64,000 nt of DNA, from NCBI RefSeq assembly GCF_023055435.1, contig NW_025963890.1:21328001-21392000 (forward strand). The letters are read 5' to 3'. The position numbers and the translations under genes are program-made. Numbering within the stretch: position 1 is the first letter of the stretch; every line of letters starts with the position of its first letter. Under the pieces are notes generated by a model. The model was not told the origin of the DNA. It saw nothing but the letters and a program-made list of their open reading frames with translations, and ran no database searches. The DNA is from Haliotis rufescens. Lineage: Eukaryota. Shown here one piece after another: positions 24,224 through 39,460 of the stretch.

Positions 24224-27200
24224 TCGCTTGATTTGGAAGGAAAGCTTGAAGTGAAGCAGGTCTTAGCTGTATACCACTTTGGAGAAACTGACCAGCACTG
24301 GAATAGTGCCGAGAAACCTAAAAACGTAACAGAAAACCTGGGATTTAAACCCACAATATGTGGCACCTTAGACAACTGGGCCATCAATTGTGACCAACCA
24401 TGACATAGGGGACCAAAGGTGAAAAATCACACTGACTTCTTATTTTATTTTAAAACTAAAGTATTTTAGGACAACAAAAATACAATGAATCAGCTTCAAT
24501 TCATATTTATTTTAGAGATGAATGGATCATGTGGACTCCTTTTTTGCAAAGTAAAAATTTCAGACTTATAACTTTTATGTAATGGTTGCACCTTTTAGAT
24601 ATGCTGTTTGGAAATGTTTTTATTACCTTGCAAACAAATGAGAGAAAAAGTAGGATATTTTTGTACATTCTGCACACATGGCAATTTCCAAGGAAGGAAG
24701 ACAGCATCAAACGCCTTTCTTTATGCAGTCACAGCACAATTGTATCCTTGCACCCATGAGGTCCCTTTTCTCCTGGTGGGTCACAATTATGGAACCATTC
24801 TTGTTTGGAACAAAGATGGAAACAAAGTTCTACCAAAGTATTTCTCTTGGTTTGGATCCAAAACTTATAAAAAAAGAAACATGTTTAGGCATCTGTTATT
24901 GTGTCCAGTAATTACAGCATCAGTTTATTTCAATAACTGGTTCATCTACTTGCATTTACACAAGGGACTTGTAAGTGGAACAAACACTATTGCTTTTATT
25001 GCTAATATGAAATCTCAGACTTCTTAGCAGTAAGTTTCATTTGTCAATGAAAATAAACATGACACTGGGTCATTGATGTACTCTTGTAAAAGAATCTATT
25101 AATGTTTTACAATTTCATTCCTTTCCTTGTTAACACGGTTTGATTTAAAGAAGATTTATCAAGCAGTCGAAAACTTGCAAGTGAACGCACAACACTCAGG
25201 TTAATAAATTACCTCAAACTTATGAATATCTGAGTTGAAGGAACAAAGTTTTAGGAGCCATGAAAATTTGAAGAGAAACAATCTTCATGAACACCATCAC
25301 AAAAATAATTTGAGTCATAGTTATTTGAAAGTTTATTGTAACTCTTCTTGACAGTTCTGGCAAGCCTAGCCCTCAAGTAAATTGCTCAAAAGTAAAATAA
25401 ACATAGAAAATTGATTTTATCTTTCTTCAAAAGGCCAGAGCTTGGAAAAGAATCCCTTGATGGCCAACTTGTATCACCAACTTCTATTTCCAGACCACCG
25501 TTTTTAATGAGCTGTCCAATTTGTCAGATGTGTCTCCCTAAAGCATGGAAATACACACTGTCCTTTGATTCCTCACCTGTTGCTGCACTTTAATTGGTTA
25601 CCAGGGAAACAAAGTGTTTTTCGCCAGGTCAGGAAGCACTGACATTTGAAACAAACCAGCCCTTATGTATCAAGGCTGAGATTTATCTGTGAGACAAAGA
25701 TTGAAGCTTGGCCTAAGCGAGACAGGTATATGTATGTGTACTGTTGTCTACATGTTAAGATCATGCAACAAACAGCAGACTCAATGTCGCCAATGAACTT
25801 GTCCATGCGATTTCCTTCCAAAGTGTCTTTGTTTACTTATTTTCTTCAGGTTCAATGTGTAAATAGGGAATAACTTGGACACCAAACCCGATAACAGAAA
25901 AAAACTTTCTTTCATCAATACCTTCATTTAGTCATCTTTCGAGCACTGAAAATAACAGTCTCTCTTTGATGTGGGGCGTATGGACTCAAAACATCAATGC
26001 CAGAAAATAATCAGTCAAGGATATTTGCTGAGGGATTCCATTTGGCGTAAAAGGCAAAACAGTGACGCAAATCATCTTATGAATGGATCACTAAAATAAC
26101 TGATGACCCTTGTGTTTGCTATTGGTAAGCGTATCCTGCTCCATTGCTAAGCACCTATCACTCCCACAATTTGCATATACTTACTCCAGTCTACATGACA
26201 TAACATAATGATCCTGTTTGTGCTCCTTCCAAGCAGTGCATTAATAGTGAAACTCCAGCCAAGACGAATGGATGAAGCTTATTGATAGGATTGGGAAGAA
26301 AATGAAAAGGCCACAGAACACACTGTCCTAATGAAAAGGGCAGAAGTGCTGGTTGAAGATGAATCTGGCCATGACTTAAAGGCAACCTAGTATCTCCATT
26401 TGGATATTAAAGATGAAGCAAGACTTCGAGCGCATCACAACACAGGTCTTCAGATGTAGGTACATGAGGCATTACCAATCACCATCCAAGCGATGAGAAT
26501 TACTGGCACAAACTAGCATTTAACTGACAATAAAGCTTCTGTTGACTTTGCTGTACTTCAGGTGGAATAATCACAGAACTTTTGAAGAGAGATTATTCTC
26601 ATGACATTTTCCAGGTGAACAGTCTCAGTCTGTCTGGCCAAAATGTTGAGAGAGAAAAATAAGTGAAGAAAAAGGTAATCTGTTCTGGTCAGAGAGTTTG
26701 CAATTTCGCTATAGATGGGCTCTAAAAGGTCAATAACTATGGTGTTTGTTCATTTGTTTATTGTTTATTGCCTCACAGCAATGATCCATATCAGACTGTA
26801 AATACTATCCCACTGGACCAGCCAATAGTATGAGCAATATCCAACACACTTGGAGTACAATGAAGCACAATCAACCAAGTCACTGAGAATGACCACCAAT
26901 CCATTTCAGTTACCTCATACAACAAGCGTAAGAAGCTGTGGACCTAACTAACCGAAATCCCCAAAGGGGCAAACCTGTTCAGAAATACAACAATATGACA
27001 TCAATATAAAAGATTTATTAAAATTCTTTTGCAAAGAAAAATGTGTATAAAACAGTGTATGATTTACCTTTCATGCAATACAAGGTTGTTATTATTGCAT
27101 GAATTATCATAAGGAAGGTAATCGATAATACTGTGAAGGAAATTGTGTATATCAAGGAAAGAACAAGGAAATTGTATTGGATAAGGTATATGTTGCCCTC

Positions 27201-29594
27201 AAGGCAAACTTTCAAGGCAGTCAAACAACCATATTCTTTGTAAATGAGATCATAGATGAACCAAAACATCAGACACCCATCACCTCACCCACATTAACAT
27301 ACTCCCACTCTTGCCTAAAGTATTGTAGGTTGTTGCTATCTCATCGTAACCTTGTGAGAGGTACTACTTTCAAGTGAGACCTGCAAGTGGTTTCACATTT
27401 TAATTGTAAGACCTATTTTGAGGTCTTTTCCCGTCGGTTCTTGGGCTTTTCTCTCACTCAAGGTTTTACATTTTCAACCAAACCTGAGGAGGAGTGTTCT
27501 AAGAAACTCATGAAGCGTGTAAATGCTTTTCTCTCACTCGAGGTTTTACATTTTCAATCAAAACTGAGGCTCTGTGTATTAATCATAACATATACATATA
27601 TGTCATTATTTTGGATGAACCTCACACAGTGTCAATGCTTTTTTCACATGTAACTCCTTGTGATCCTGATTGGCCAAGAAGCCCACTATCATCAAATAAA
27701 TAACATATCGTATTAATATTCAAAACATATCTTTCTGTTGATCCTACCAATAATTGCCTGTTATATTTTCTGGACATGGTATCTGGTGACCATTGATTAT
27801 TAACCATCACTGAACATGCACATGCATTATCGCAGTTATATACAAATGACTAAGTGACATACCCACAAAGTAACTAGTACCTCGACCATGATACTATGAA
27901 TACATGCATCCCAATTTCTGACATCCACAGAAGGACAATACTTGATGCTGTTCATGCAACTAATTGCCAATGATAGCAGTAATTCCCTTGTCTCATTTCC
28001 CTGATAGATGACGATGGTTATCAACACAGGGTTTATAGTCCCTATGTTCTCAGAGACATTGTGGAATAATGTCTAATCTTCATTAATGTATGCAAACTGC
28101 ACAACCTGGGTCAAGTAAAGTCATTTGAGACTGGATTAACATAAAACTATACACACAATGTCGAAGCAATCACAAAGTGGCGATGATCGGAAGAGCTTTT
28201 CACATGGAAGAGATATGATATTGACAATTCTCTACTTGGATGTGTGTTGCTACATAAACAGAGATATCTGCTGCAATAATAATGAATGCAGTTCTGATCC
28301 TAGGAGATTTCAGGGCTCCTATAGCACATTGACTCAGTCATGGTTATCTTCATGACGATAAATGACCTGTTCTAAATTATGTCGAATTTACATCTATTCT
28401 TTTTCATTTCTCATAAAAACAAACAAACATTGGGCCTTCTTTATTGTGCAAAGTTTGTCAATCCAAATGAAGAAAGAATTATTGATAATAAGTGGACGAA
28501 CAAGGATGGCATTGAAACATTAGGGAGATACTTAAACATGACTATAAACCAAATGTGCACAATCTAGAAACGAATGAGTCACTTGCACACTTTGTATTAT
28601 GGTATAATAAAGAAACACTCAGACCATAGGCAATATCAGCTGAGTAATAAGGTACTGAATGTCAAATCTTTTTAACTGTAGACTTCATATTTATTATTAG
28701 AGTTAAATTCAAGTTAACACAGAGAGTACCTGTTAAGTATTATTCTATGATGGACCATGATCAATTTGTGAAGGAATTATGAGAGACAGGCTGAGTTTGA
28801 TATTCTTTCTGAAACGTGCTCCTACACGAGCACTTAAGTAGACAGTATTTCAAGATAAGAGTTCTGTTTTATCATAACGGCCAATGATTTCCTCAAATGG
28901 CCTAATATTTTGGTAAATTGTCTTAGTGTTACTCTGACAGTGGGCTAATGGCTATTTCTAAGGCCCTTCATTGTCCAGACCTTCAATGATCCCTGACAGT
29001 TATATCTCAGTTACGTATTCTCAACTTGAGTAAGTTCCAAAGCAAAGAAATGCTTAAGTAGAAGAAAAAAATGTAAATACAAAAAGTGATACATAATTTT
29101 CTGTTGTAGTCTCTTTCTGTGCATACAAAATTTGTCTGTACATATAACTCTCTTTCAGCTCATGACGTCATGACATAATCAATGATAATGGATGACATCA
29201 GAAACTTCCATGACAACTGAATCAGATTAGCAGAAAATGAAAATTGTACATGAAAAAGTAGACGTGTAAAATCCTATTAATCAAAGTTCATCTGATTAAT
29301 AATAATCCATTACTTGATGTAGTGTCATCATGCCAAATGCCACATTTTTCAAACTTGTGACATGTTACTTTTTCAAGAACAGTATTTATACTCATTGAAA
29401 CATCAACAAGATTTCCAGGCTTCAAATCTAAATAAAAACATTTTCAAATATTTCAAACTATGGCACACACTCCAGTTCTTTTCACAATTGGCTACTAACA
29501 AGAGAGAAAATAAGATGTTCAGTTCTTAGTTTTCAACAAAGTGCTAAACATCTAAGAGATGCATCACTTCAGCTATCCACCCAAGCTGGCATAG

Positions 29595-29811
29595 GTGAGG
29601 TGAAATGGGGTTTAACGTTGTGTCCAAGTTTATTGCACTTACATAGCGACCTGCATGCATCCTTGTTCTAGCCCCTTAATGCCGAGCGCCAGACAGGGTA
29701 ACAACAAGTACCATCTTTTAACGTCTTTTGGTATGACGTGGCCGGGGACTCAAAACCAGACCTTCCTCTCTCTGGGCGGACACTCTACCACCAGACCACG
29801 GAAGCGGTCTA
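29595..29811 (-). mobile_element. SINE family A with internal deletion
   Basis: 14-bp TSD CCAAGCTGGCATAG (29581-29594, 29812-29825). Confidence 0.88.
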
Positions 29812-32800
29812 CCAAGCTGGCATAGTATGATATAACTAACAAACTGTTCAAAGAGGCAATAAACCCAACTCACTCACTCACCCAACCCCATGTGTTATTG
29901 AATGGTAGATACACAATGGCACATACATTGCCTACACTTTTGATGGAGTACATTAAACATTGTAACTACATGAGAAATTGAACCTGAGTCTTAAGTATCG
30001 CAAGCTAAATATCAAACCAACAGGCTACCCCACCAACTACAAATATGATATTTAACAATGTAAACATATCCATAACCCCAAAATAAATTGGCACAGTTTC
30101 AGACCAATGAAAAATCATTGAATCGGAAGTTAGCAATTGCATGATCCATAACACAATGAGCTGAACATTAAGCACACATTCAAACTATGCTGGACCAGAA
30201 AGGCAAGCTTTCTTTGTAATCCAAGAAGCATATATCTGACTTTGAGGTGACAGCTGTGCAAGACTAGGCAATAACAGCTGACAAGTGAGTCTCAAAGCCT
30301 CTTCCTTGAGATCAGACTGTGTTGAGGCGAGCCTTGTGTTAATCAGGAGAATATTGGTGCTTCCAAATGAAATAAGTCCAAAAGAAGGATCTGATCCCAG
30401 AACTGTCTCCTTCGTCACTTGATATTGGCTATCCTCTTTGTGCCACGAAATATTGTGGACCTGGATTGAAATTACTCATTTCCTGTACTGGTGTTGTATT
30501 TTTTGTGTGACACAGCTGGTTATATAAAACAGGTAGTGTTTACATGATTTGCATGAAAAATTGATGTTTTCTAATGTTATGGTGTGTTTTGTATTCTATG
30601 TAATTTGATGTCATTATTTGAAGTGACATTCACTAGTCATTAATTAAATATTTATTTCATGCTGTGTGAGAAATAATGATTTATAGTTTTGACATGATGA
30701 ACGTGGAAAGTCGGAATATTTTCAACTGGCAATTAATCTTTCAATGTACTTTATTGATTCTTTTCCAAACTTAAGCTATGAACAGGCATATTGATTAATA
30801 AATGTAATTTGGCATCTTCAAGAAAACCTAGCCAACAGAAAAATCGAATTTATGTGCCATAGTTATTCTAAAGAAGGATGATCCAGTTAGACTGTCAAAA
30901 CAATTACTGTCCTAAAAGGAACCATTTAAGAACAAAAGCAAGTTATTCCTCTAATGGCCTTTGATTAACTCTCGCATCTAATGATAAAATGATACTCACA
31001 CCATGTCAAACTGTCCAATTCAAATAAATTCTTTTGATTCCTGATAACACATCAAAGAATGTGTGTCTTGCTCCTAACAACGAAACATTCCAAATGTTAA
31101 AAAAACAAACTCAATTCAAGATCATCATTTCTCATCCAATTACCCCATCCAATTATTGACTTATAAAACTGAATTGGGAGCAGTTCTGACAAAACCTAAC
31201 GACAGTGGATTGAAAAGGCCTGATAGAACTGTTGAAATAAAGTTGCAAGAAGACTCCGCCTAATTTCCCAATCTCCTTTTCTGCACCAGCGCAGTCATTA
31301 ATCCATTTGGTAGTGGTACAGATCAAGACTGATTTGTGCAGACTATCATGAAGACAAACCAATACACAATCTTTCTGGGGTCATACAAAGTCTTTGGGCC
31401 TCACTTCAGGCCTCCACACATGCAAGATGAAGCTTAATTCCAATCTCATATTGGATTCTGTCTTGCAAAAGGGAGGCAAACTTAGATCAATTATGGGTCT
31501 ATGTTTTGGCAGTGTGACGTTCACACTACATTTATCAATCTGGGTGTTTATCAAGGTGGCCAGAGCTGTCTGGTGAGGACTGGGGTATTGCAAGCAGAGC
31601 AGACTGTTGATGACTGAACAGACTTCACTGATGTGGACAGTCAGATGTAACCATACTCAGGTCTGTGATGGCCAAGAATGACAGTGAGTGAGAAGCGTTT
31701 TATTCTCATATGTCTTTCAGCACATAACAGCATTGGGAACCAAGAATTGGGTTTATAGTGTCTTGTCATTTATGCAGTATTTCAACACATTATGGCACTG
31801 GGCATCAAGAATTGGCTTTGAACATGTTTTCCTTCATGTGAACATTTTAACCACTAGGCTAACATTCAACAATCTTAAAGAATAGTATTTCATTTATAGC
31901 ATGTTATTTGTCTGTTTGTTGTTTAACACTGCACTCAGCAATATTCTTGCTATTCTGTCTGGGCCAGACAAACCAGTTGTTGATATTATAAGCAGCATCC
32001 AATACTGTAGGGATACAATGATGCAATACCAGCAAAGACACATCGTCTTACCACATGATTTGTTTAGTCCCTGTGTATTACAAGCATAGGTTACTGGGGA
32101 AATATTCAAATCTGGTATTCCTATGGGGGCCTAAGCAAGGTTAACCCTCCACTGAAACACAGTCAGTTAATGACATTTACTATTTCTCATATTGCTTTCA
32201 GACATCAATTTTTATGTAGTCCTACCAAACCTTCATGCTTCAAGTAAATCACATGCAACTATCGACAGTTCATGTAAACAATTGTCTTGAAAATTTGTTG
32301 AATACAATGCATACATGAAATCATACCTTTAAAAGCATACCAAATATCAACACATGAAACTTAAAAATTGGATCACAAAATAAAGCTTTGGTATGAAGCA
32401 GAGAAAACTTTCAATCTGAAAAATATTGCCTGATATTTTTCAAAACACCATAAACATCCTATAACACTTTAAATAAACCTTCACAAGATCAGTCAATAAT
32501 GTAAAATACCCAATGTTTGCAATAATAATGCTCAATACAACCTTGTACATTTAAACGGAAGAAGAAAAATCGAGGTTTGTTTCCTTAAGAGCTGCAATGA
32601 CATCGAGAAACGGTGTAAGAAAAATACAAAATTTCAAGAATCCCTACCAAACACTCCTTCAATATAACAACATGACAAGATCAATACAGCCTGCCCCAGC
32701 AGGAGTCCCAACACAAACCCAAACAAGATCACAGCTAATATGCTGAAGACCTCTCCCGATACCATGTAAACACCATGCAAGCCTACCTGTAATCCTCCCT

Positions 32801-35349
32801 CAAGCTCACCACCAACTGGTGTTATGTGCTTGTCAGCCCTTCTGCTGAACACAAAGGCATCAGCATCAGTAATGATGCTTTTATCAGAACTGAGGCAGGC
32901 CAAATCAGTGCAGGGGCTGGATTGGCAAACTAACTTGCCTCTCTGGCCATGGCGATATTAAAGTCTCCTTGTACTATCTCAAACTAAATTTAGATTCCAC
33001 AAGAGGAATCAAGCCGGAACTGTCGGTTGGCCAAACTGTGAGTGTTCCAATTAATGGTAACGGAGGGAGACCAAGCTTGGACCGATCTCCAATTACAAAG
33101 AGCACCCTTTTCCACTATAAAAGTCGGGTCCAAAGCTTCGTTTGCTAAGGCTATCAGGAAGGACATGACTTTTCAATACACAAAAATGTCTCGAGCTGGT
33201 GAGAGCACACACCACCTGCCTGGCCCTGCTTGTTCGTCTTGCTGCACATGACTGTCCCAGAGAGGGATGAAAGTGTAAACATGGTGGGAGTTGCACCACC
33301 TTATTGTGTGAGATAGCTCATCATTGTGGCTGCGAGTTTATGCCCAATTCTGTCCCAGAATAAACAAGGGCTCTTTAGTAGGGCCACATGTACTTTCTGA
33401 AATCCCTTGCTTAAACATTGGCCACAATCGGCTGTTTCATTGCCACTTCCACAGACACATTTTATTGAATATTCGCACAATCTCCACCAACCATCACAAT
33501 GCAAATCCAGACAGCTGAGGGGCCACTTGCTATGGAGAGCAATTTTGACACCAACACAATGACCATAAAAAGTTTATTTTCAACAATTCTCACCTAACTG
33601 TTGACATATATTCTAAAAGTGATAAGGTTTTATGTGACAAATGTTCAAGATAAGCTCTTCACAAATAATTTCCTTTATCTGCCCAGCTCTGGCATCATTG
33701 CTGATAACAGTACTCGGTACCATGAATCATAGTTTATGAATTTAAGATATGTTTAAATGAAAAAGTAACACAGCTGTTTCATAAGCAAATCTTATAATTA
33801 TCATAAAACTGGAGAACATTTGATAAAAAAAGATTCCATATATAAGCTTGTATATGACTGAGTTCTTAGTTATCAATGTATAAATACATAACATCTATGT
33901 ATTCAATACTCACACAGTCTCATATTTTGATGTGCAATTAAAATGTTCACGTTTATTTCACCATGTATAAACATGCAAGATCTGTTTAATCCTTGTATAA
34001 ATATTTCAAATAGCCTCTGTTCTCGGGCATTGCCAGCAGGGCCATTATCAGTGAAATACACCCTGCTTGACAGCTTTTCTGCTCTCAGACAAAAAATGGA
34101 AATTCTGAAATACTTGTCACTTGTCACATTTATCCATTTAAAAAAATCCTTTATTTGACAAAGAACATTAAATCAAATGAACTAATTCAGCCAAGATTGA
34201 TTTAGAAACATAATTTTAAATTTGACAACTTTTAATATCCCTTTTAGTCAACAATAAATACATTATGAGCGAGCAAAGGAATATATGCTGGTCAAGTCAC
34301 AAAAATGGAGTTTTTAACGAAACATTTTGAAGAGAATAACAAACATTAAGAAGCGATATTAACTCCATAAATGACCATCTGTCATTGTTTTGCCTTGTCA
34401 ATGTCGAACTAACATAAAAGGGAAGTCAACAGTTTGTGTACGGGCCTGACACTTGTGATAAAGGAAGACAATTTGCGGGTAGCTCTTGCATGACAATAGT
34501 TCCGTCAAAGTGTTAAGTTCACTGCAGTGAAATATCAAGTGTTTATTGTGTTCACTGCAGTGAAATATCAAGTGTTATGTTCACTGCAATGAAAATATCA
34601 CTTTTCTCAACTTCAGAAAACTCAGTCTTTCACACTGAAGTATATAATAAAGAATTAAGTGAACACAGCAATCTTTTTGGTCTGGATTAACAAAGGGACA
34701 TTATTATGATGTTAGGCAGGGGGTTTGGCAGTGAGGCAAGGAGAAATCAACTAATTTATTATGACCTTATGTATAGTTTACAAGCTTACATCACCCAAAC
34801 CAAGACTTAGTGAACCAAATAATGAACTTCCAGCACACAAACAACATTACAGAAATCAATGGCCTGTAGTCCTTACCTTCACCATCAGAAAATGAAGACC
34901 AGGCCTATAAGTTCATTCTTCATCAATTATAGGCAATTTATGGGCAACCATCACAAAATGTCACACCAGTTTCTGCCCAGACTGATAATAGAGACCTGTG
35001 CAGTCGGGAGCATACTGCAACATGCATAACCATCCAGATAAATAATTAACAAATGCATAACCAGTTTGCCCATTGTGTAATCAATTGGAAAAGTATTCAC
35101 GGACTAAATGGATTTGCGGTTTTATGGCAACCCATTGATCAATACAACATGAAAAAAAAACTCATACATCTGATACATGTATGCAGCAGACATCTTCTTG
35201 TATGATTTCACAAAACAGAATTCATTTGATGTCGAGTGAGTTTGAAAGCTTGGTGTCCAGTTTACATCTTCTGGTATTATTTCATAAAATAAAATACCTA
35301 TGATGTGGGGTGAATTTGCAAGTCTTATATTCAGGTATTTATGCAGCTT

Positions 35350-35612
35350 GAAGAATATTTCAGCCATATCATTGCAGTGCACACAAGAAATGGGCTTTAA
35401 ATTTTGTACTGATGGAGATTCAAACCTGGGTTTGCAGCATGACAAGTCAGTGCTTTAACCACTATACTACCACACCATCCCCGTCACGCCGAAGACCCGG
35501 GTTTGATTCCCGACATGGGTACAATGTGTGAAGCCCATTTCTGGTGTCCCCTGCCGTGATATTGCTGGAATATTGCTAAAAGCGGCGTAAAACCAAACTC
35601 ACTCACTCACTA
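35350..35612. mobile_element. Two head-to-head SINE family C copies (old minus copy, then younger 5'-truncated plus copy)
   Basis: GAAATGGGCTT...TTGTAC...GATTCAAACCTGGGT is followed by its reverse-complement homolog ACCCGGGTTTGATTCC...GTACAA...AAGCCCATTTC and an (ACTC)n tail. Confidence 0.75.
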
Positions 35613-36189
35613 TGATTACATTAAGGCTTGGATCAGTTTATGACCTCCAATACTTCACTCATATTGACACAACTTATCACAATGCACCAAATCTTACATC
35701 CCTTGAACTAAACACATACCTCCTGCATGATAAGCAAACACTGTACCCACTGAGCTTCCCTTCTCCACTTCAAACAATGGGATAAAGCAGCAAAAGCATC
35801 ATTGTGAACCTAATCATTAAGCAAAGAGAATCAATTTGACAAATTGTCCAAATCCTCTTCAATGTCAACTCTTCAATATCAACTCCTGTCGTTATTAAGT
35901 AACAACAGCCCAGGATGCAGTTTCCTTTTTGCCTTCTAAAAACCCACAGCTAATTCATAAACCAACACGACCTATCATTAATTCCCTTATCCACTATTGA
36001 TCCGAATGACAAAGTATGACAATGTTAATGAAATCCATATTTTACACAGGCAGTAATACACATGGAATCCCATGCAAGATTATTACCACCAAACAAACCA
36101 GGCCAGCATGTTTGCTCATAATTTAAGCCAGTGCCCATAAATCTGAACAAGGCAATGTCAAATATGCCACAGTCTCAACATTCCTCTTA

Positions 36190-36450
36190 TCATCTGCTAA
36201 CCTTTTCTAGCCATCTGTATTGGGATGCACCAATCAAAGCATTGATACACATAGTGATAGAAACAATATACTAGATAACAAAATTAACAGACGCCTGTAC
36301 CCATTGATGTCAATATGACAAAATCTGCCATTCTTTGTTTCATTCGCTAACCTTTTCTTTCCATCTGAATTTGGATGCACTAACCCTCGAATTGAAACAC
36401 ACTGTGATCAAAACAATATACTAGATAACAAATTTAACAGAAATATGTAC
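36190..36450 (+). repeat. Diverged tandem duplication, period about 150 bp
   Basis: GCTAACCTTTTC...CCATCTG...GGATGCAC...AAACAATATACTAGATAACAAA.TTAACAG occurs at about 36196 and 36346. Confidence 0.8.
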
Positions 36451-38818
36451 CAGGGGACATTAACTATGCTGCCAGGCATTCCTCTCTTTTCATTCATTCA
36501 GGGAGAGATATTGGAACAAGAAGCAGACTACATGCATAACAAAATGAACAATCTTTTCTATGCCAACTTCTTATAATTGCAATGCACTCATGACATGCAA
36601 GTCATTCATTTTTAACTCTGCAAACAAATGAGAAAGCAAGGTGTTTGCTCTCAGCTTCTATTGAATGTAAACAAGGTGGTGAATACCCAGCACTTCTGAT
36701 TTGGACATTAAACGTAACAGCAAACAAATTTTGTAGAGGCTTCTCAGCATCCGCATCTCCCTACCTTTGATCAGACTGAATGGCTCTCCGTCTATCTGGC
36801 ATTGCGTAAATAACAACCTGTAGATGCAGATGCGGCAAGACCGCACAGCCCACGCTGCAACAACTGCACTATCTCTGCAGCTACAGCTACTGCACTGTGA
36901 CTAATAGCATCATTAAATCCATATTAACCTTCAGGTGTAAATTGTGCATTTAAAAGATGCATCAGTTAAGGGATTGAGGAGATGTACAGATACATATACA
37001 CATACCAGAACGCATGGGGTGTATTTGAAACATGCCAAGAGACTAAATTTGCCAATTGGATTAACTTTATCACAAATAACCGACATGACCGTTGTTTGAC
37101 CCGTCAGGAGTTCTCATTTAAAATGCCCTTGTGTAAAGTTCTATTAATATATGTTCCATCTACAATCCTCCCTAAATTTACCAGACACCAAAGAACAGAC
37201 TAATGGGAATTTATAGTTCCTCTGCTTGCCTACTAAGAGTATAAGATGTAGGCAGAGGGATTGGAAAGTCATCAGGGACAACCACCTAACTTTCCTTTCA
37301 TCAAGCAGGGCAAGTGACTTCTGAAAACAACAATTTTTAATGCAAGTTGACTTAATGCCATCACTTTTTCATAATTGGTTCCAAAGACATAGATCACCAT
37401 TTTGGAATAAATATAATTTTGCAGAAATTTAGTAAGCATGGTATATATTACTCCCTGTTTCTTTGCCTATTAGGAAAAGAAATGCATGCTTCTGCTTTAG
37501 TCCTTAGGGTCAAAACAGTTGGCTTGTTTGATTAAAGCCACATTCCAGATTATTCCAGGTGTCATGGGGTTTCCCCCTCATAAAACCTTTATGTAACATG
37601 CATTTCAAATGCACATAAACACCATGAAAATTATGAAGGTATGAATATATTACAAGTGATTCCATGCCATTTGATTGGATGAGTGGACCTACAATGTGGA
37701 CACTGGATTTTACGTTGATACGTCCATGAAAGCAAAAACTACTGAATTTAAAACTTAAAAACAGCATCGATTGTCTTGTTCACTCTAGCCTTCCCCAACC
37801 AATCTATGTCAGTGAAACATTACACCCATGAAAGTAGGACTATGTATGTACGTTCTTTGTGTTTATTACCACATTGAGCAATATCCAATGATTGATATTG
37901 TGAGCAACAATCAACGTCGTCTGGGTACTTTGCATTGCTCGAAATAAGCGTCTGCGCTTGGGGCCGTGGCAGGTATATCTCATGGAAGGCTAATAGTAAA
38001 AGGTTTGTATGGGTTCTCATGGCCTGCAATAAATTTATGCGTCGATTTATTTGTTATAGTTTGCTGCAATTTTTTATTAAGGACCAAAAGAGTTTAGCCT
38101 GAGGGTCCAGATGGTAGCTTGGAGTTTTTTTATTCAATTCAAACACTGTTACGATGACACGCAATCAACCAAGTCACCGTGTCTGGCCACCCAATCCATT
38201 TTGTTGCCTCTCTTACGACCAAGCACTGGTTGATCAGGACCAATTCTAAGTAATAGTATGACTATGATACCAATTGCATCTGAGTATGCTTCAGAACATG
38301 GCATGGGTTTTTATTAGACAGCATAAATTACAGCAGTAGATACTACAAGGTAAGGAGTGCTTAGGCTATTTTCGAACGCCACAAGAGGCCACATTGAGCT
38401 GCACCCATCAGCAAGGCCTTGGAGTCAGTCAAGGTTCTTTCCTTTCATTAGAAGGAAATTCAATTTTGTCCATTCAATTTCATCTTGTTCTAGAGGCTTT
38501 TTCGAGGCGATTGTGTAGCAGTGGGGCTGGAAGTGTATTTGTGGCATGATTGGAGCAAGTTGTGCACACAATTGATGGGGAGACAGGACATCTAGGGGGC
38601 CTGACCTCCGGCTCACAAGAAAATGAGACAATTTGCTTTTGTTAATGGGACTGATGAGAGGAAGGAGAGGCCTAGGGCAGGCTGGGTTGCTAATGTCAGC
38701 GATGCTGCACAACAGGTTCATGTGCTACTTCAGGAAACAAGGCACTTTTTTTACAGGATAATTTTAGTGAGTGAATATTGTTCTATGCAACGGTCAGCAA
38801 TATTCCATCTATGTCAGT

Positions 38819-39460
38819 CAGGCCTACCAATGAGAACCGGCAGACTGCAACAAAAAGCTTTTTTATGTCTACAATACACAAGGAATCGGCAACAGAAACC
38901 AATGAGAACGGCACCAAAACCTATTTTTTTTGCTTGTTGTTTAATGCCACACTCAGCAATTTTCCAGCAATATCAAAAACTAAGATACAGCATCATAAAT
39001 CTGAGAGCATGCTGCCAATAACATAGAAAGGGCAGCATTAAAACAAACAGACAGCAACATTCCAAACTAGGCATGAGCGGAACAAGAGGGAAGTTGATTG
39101 CCAATTGTCATGAGGATCAACAAACAGCGAGTAAATTTACATATAACAGCGCTAATATCAAATATTCTAGATGTGTATTATTATATTAATTAGCGCTGTA
39201 AGATTTGTATTTAATCACTGTTTGTTGGTCCTCGTGACATGACTGACAACTTCCCTCTTGCTCTGCGCAAGTGTGGAATGTTGCGATCTGTGTTTTAGTG
39301 TTGCAGTTTCCATGTTTTCGGCAGTGTGCTCTTAGATTTATGATGCTGTTTCTTTGTTTTTTGTGTTACCTTCCCATCGTTTTTTGCTGCCGATTCATTA
39401 TGTATTGTAGACATATGACTGTTTTATGTTGCAGTCTGTGAGTTTTCATTGCAAGGCCTG
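38819..39460. mobile_element. Foldback/palindromic MITE (arms about 290 bp) inserted in a family D SINE
   Basis: CAGGCCT...AGGCCTG termini, arms complementary up to CAGCGCTAAT/ATTAGCGCTG, and TCAGT duplicated on both sides (38814-38818, 39461-39465). Confidence 0.85.

Noticed and set aside
34877-34904. AG|GCCTGGTCTTCATTTTCTGATGGTGAAG|GTAAGG (AWSSFSDGE), resembling the expected ARFGAP1 GWSSF exon
   Set aside because: It is 28 nt (frame-shifting), has a purine-rich acceptor region and the similarity ends after 5-8 residues; probably chance, though RNA-seq could test it.
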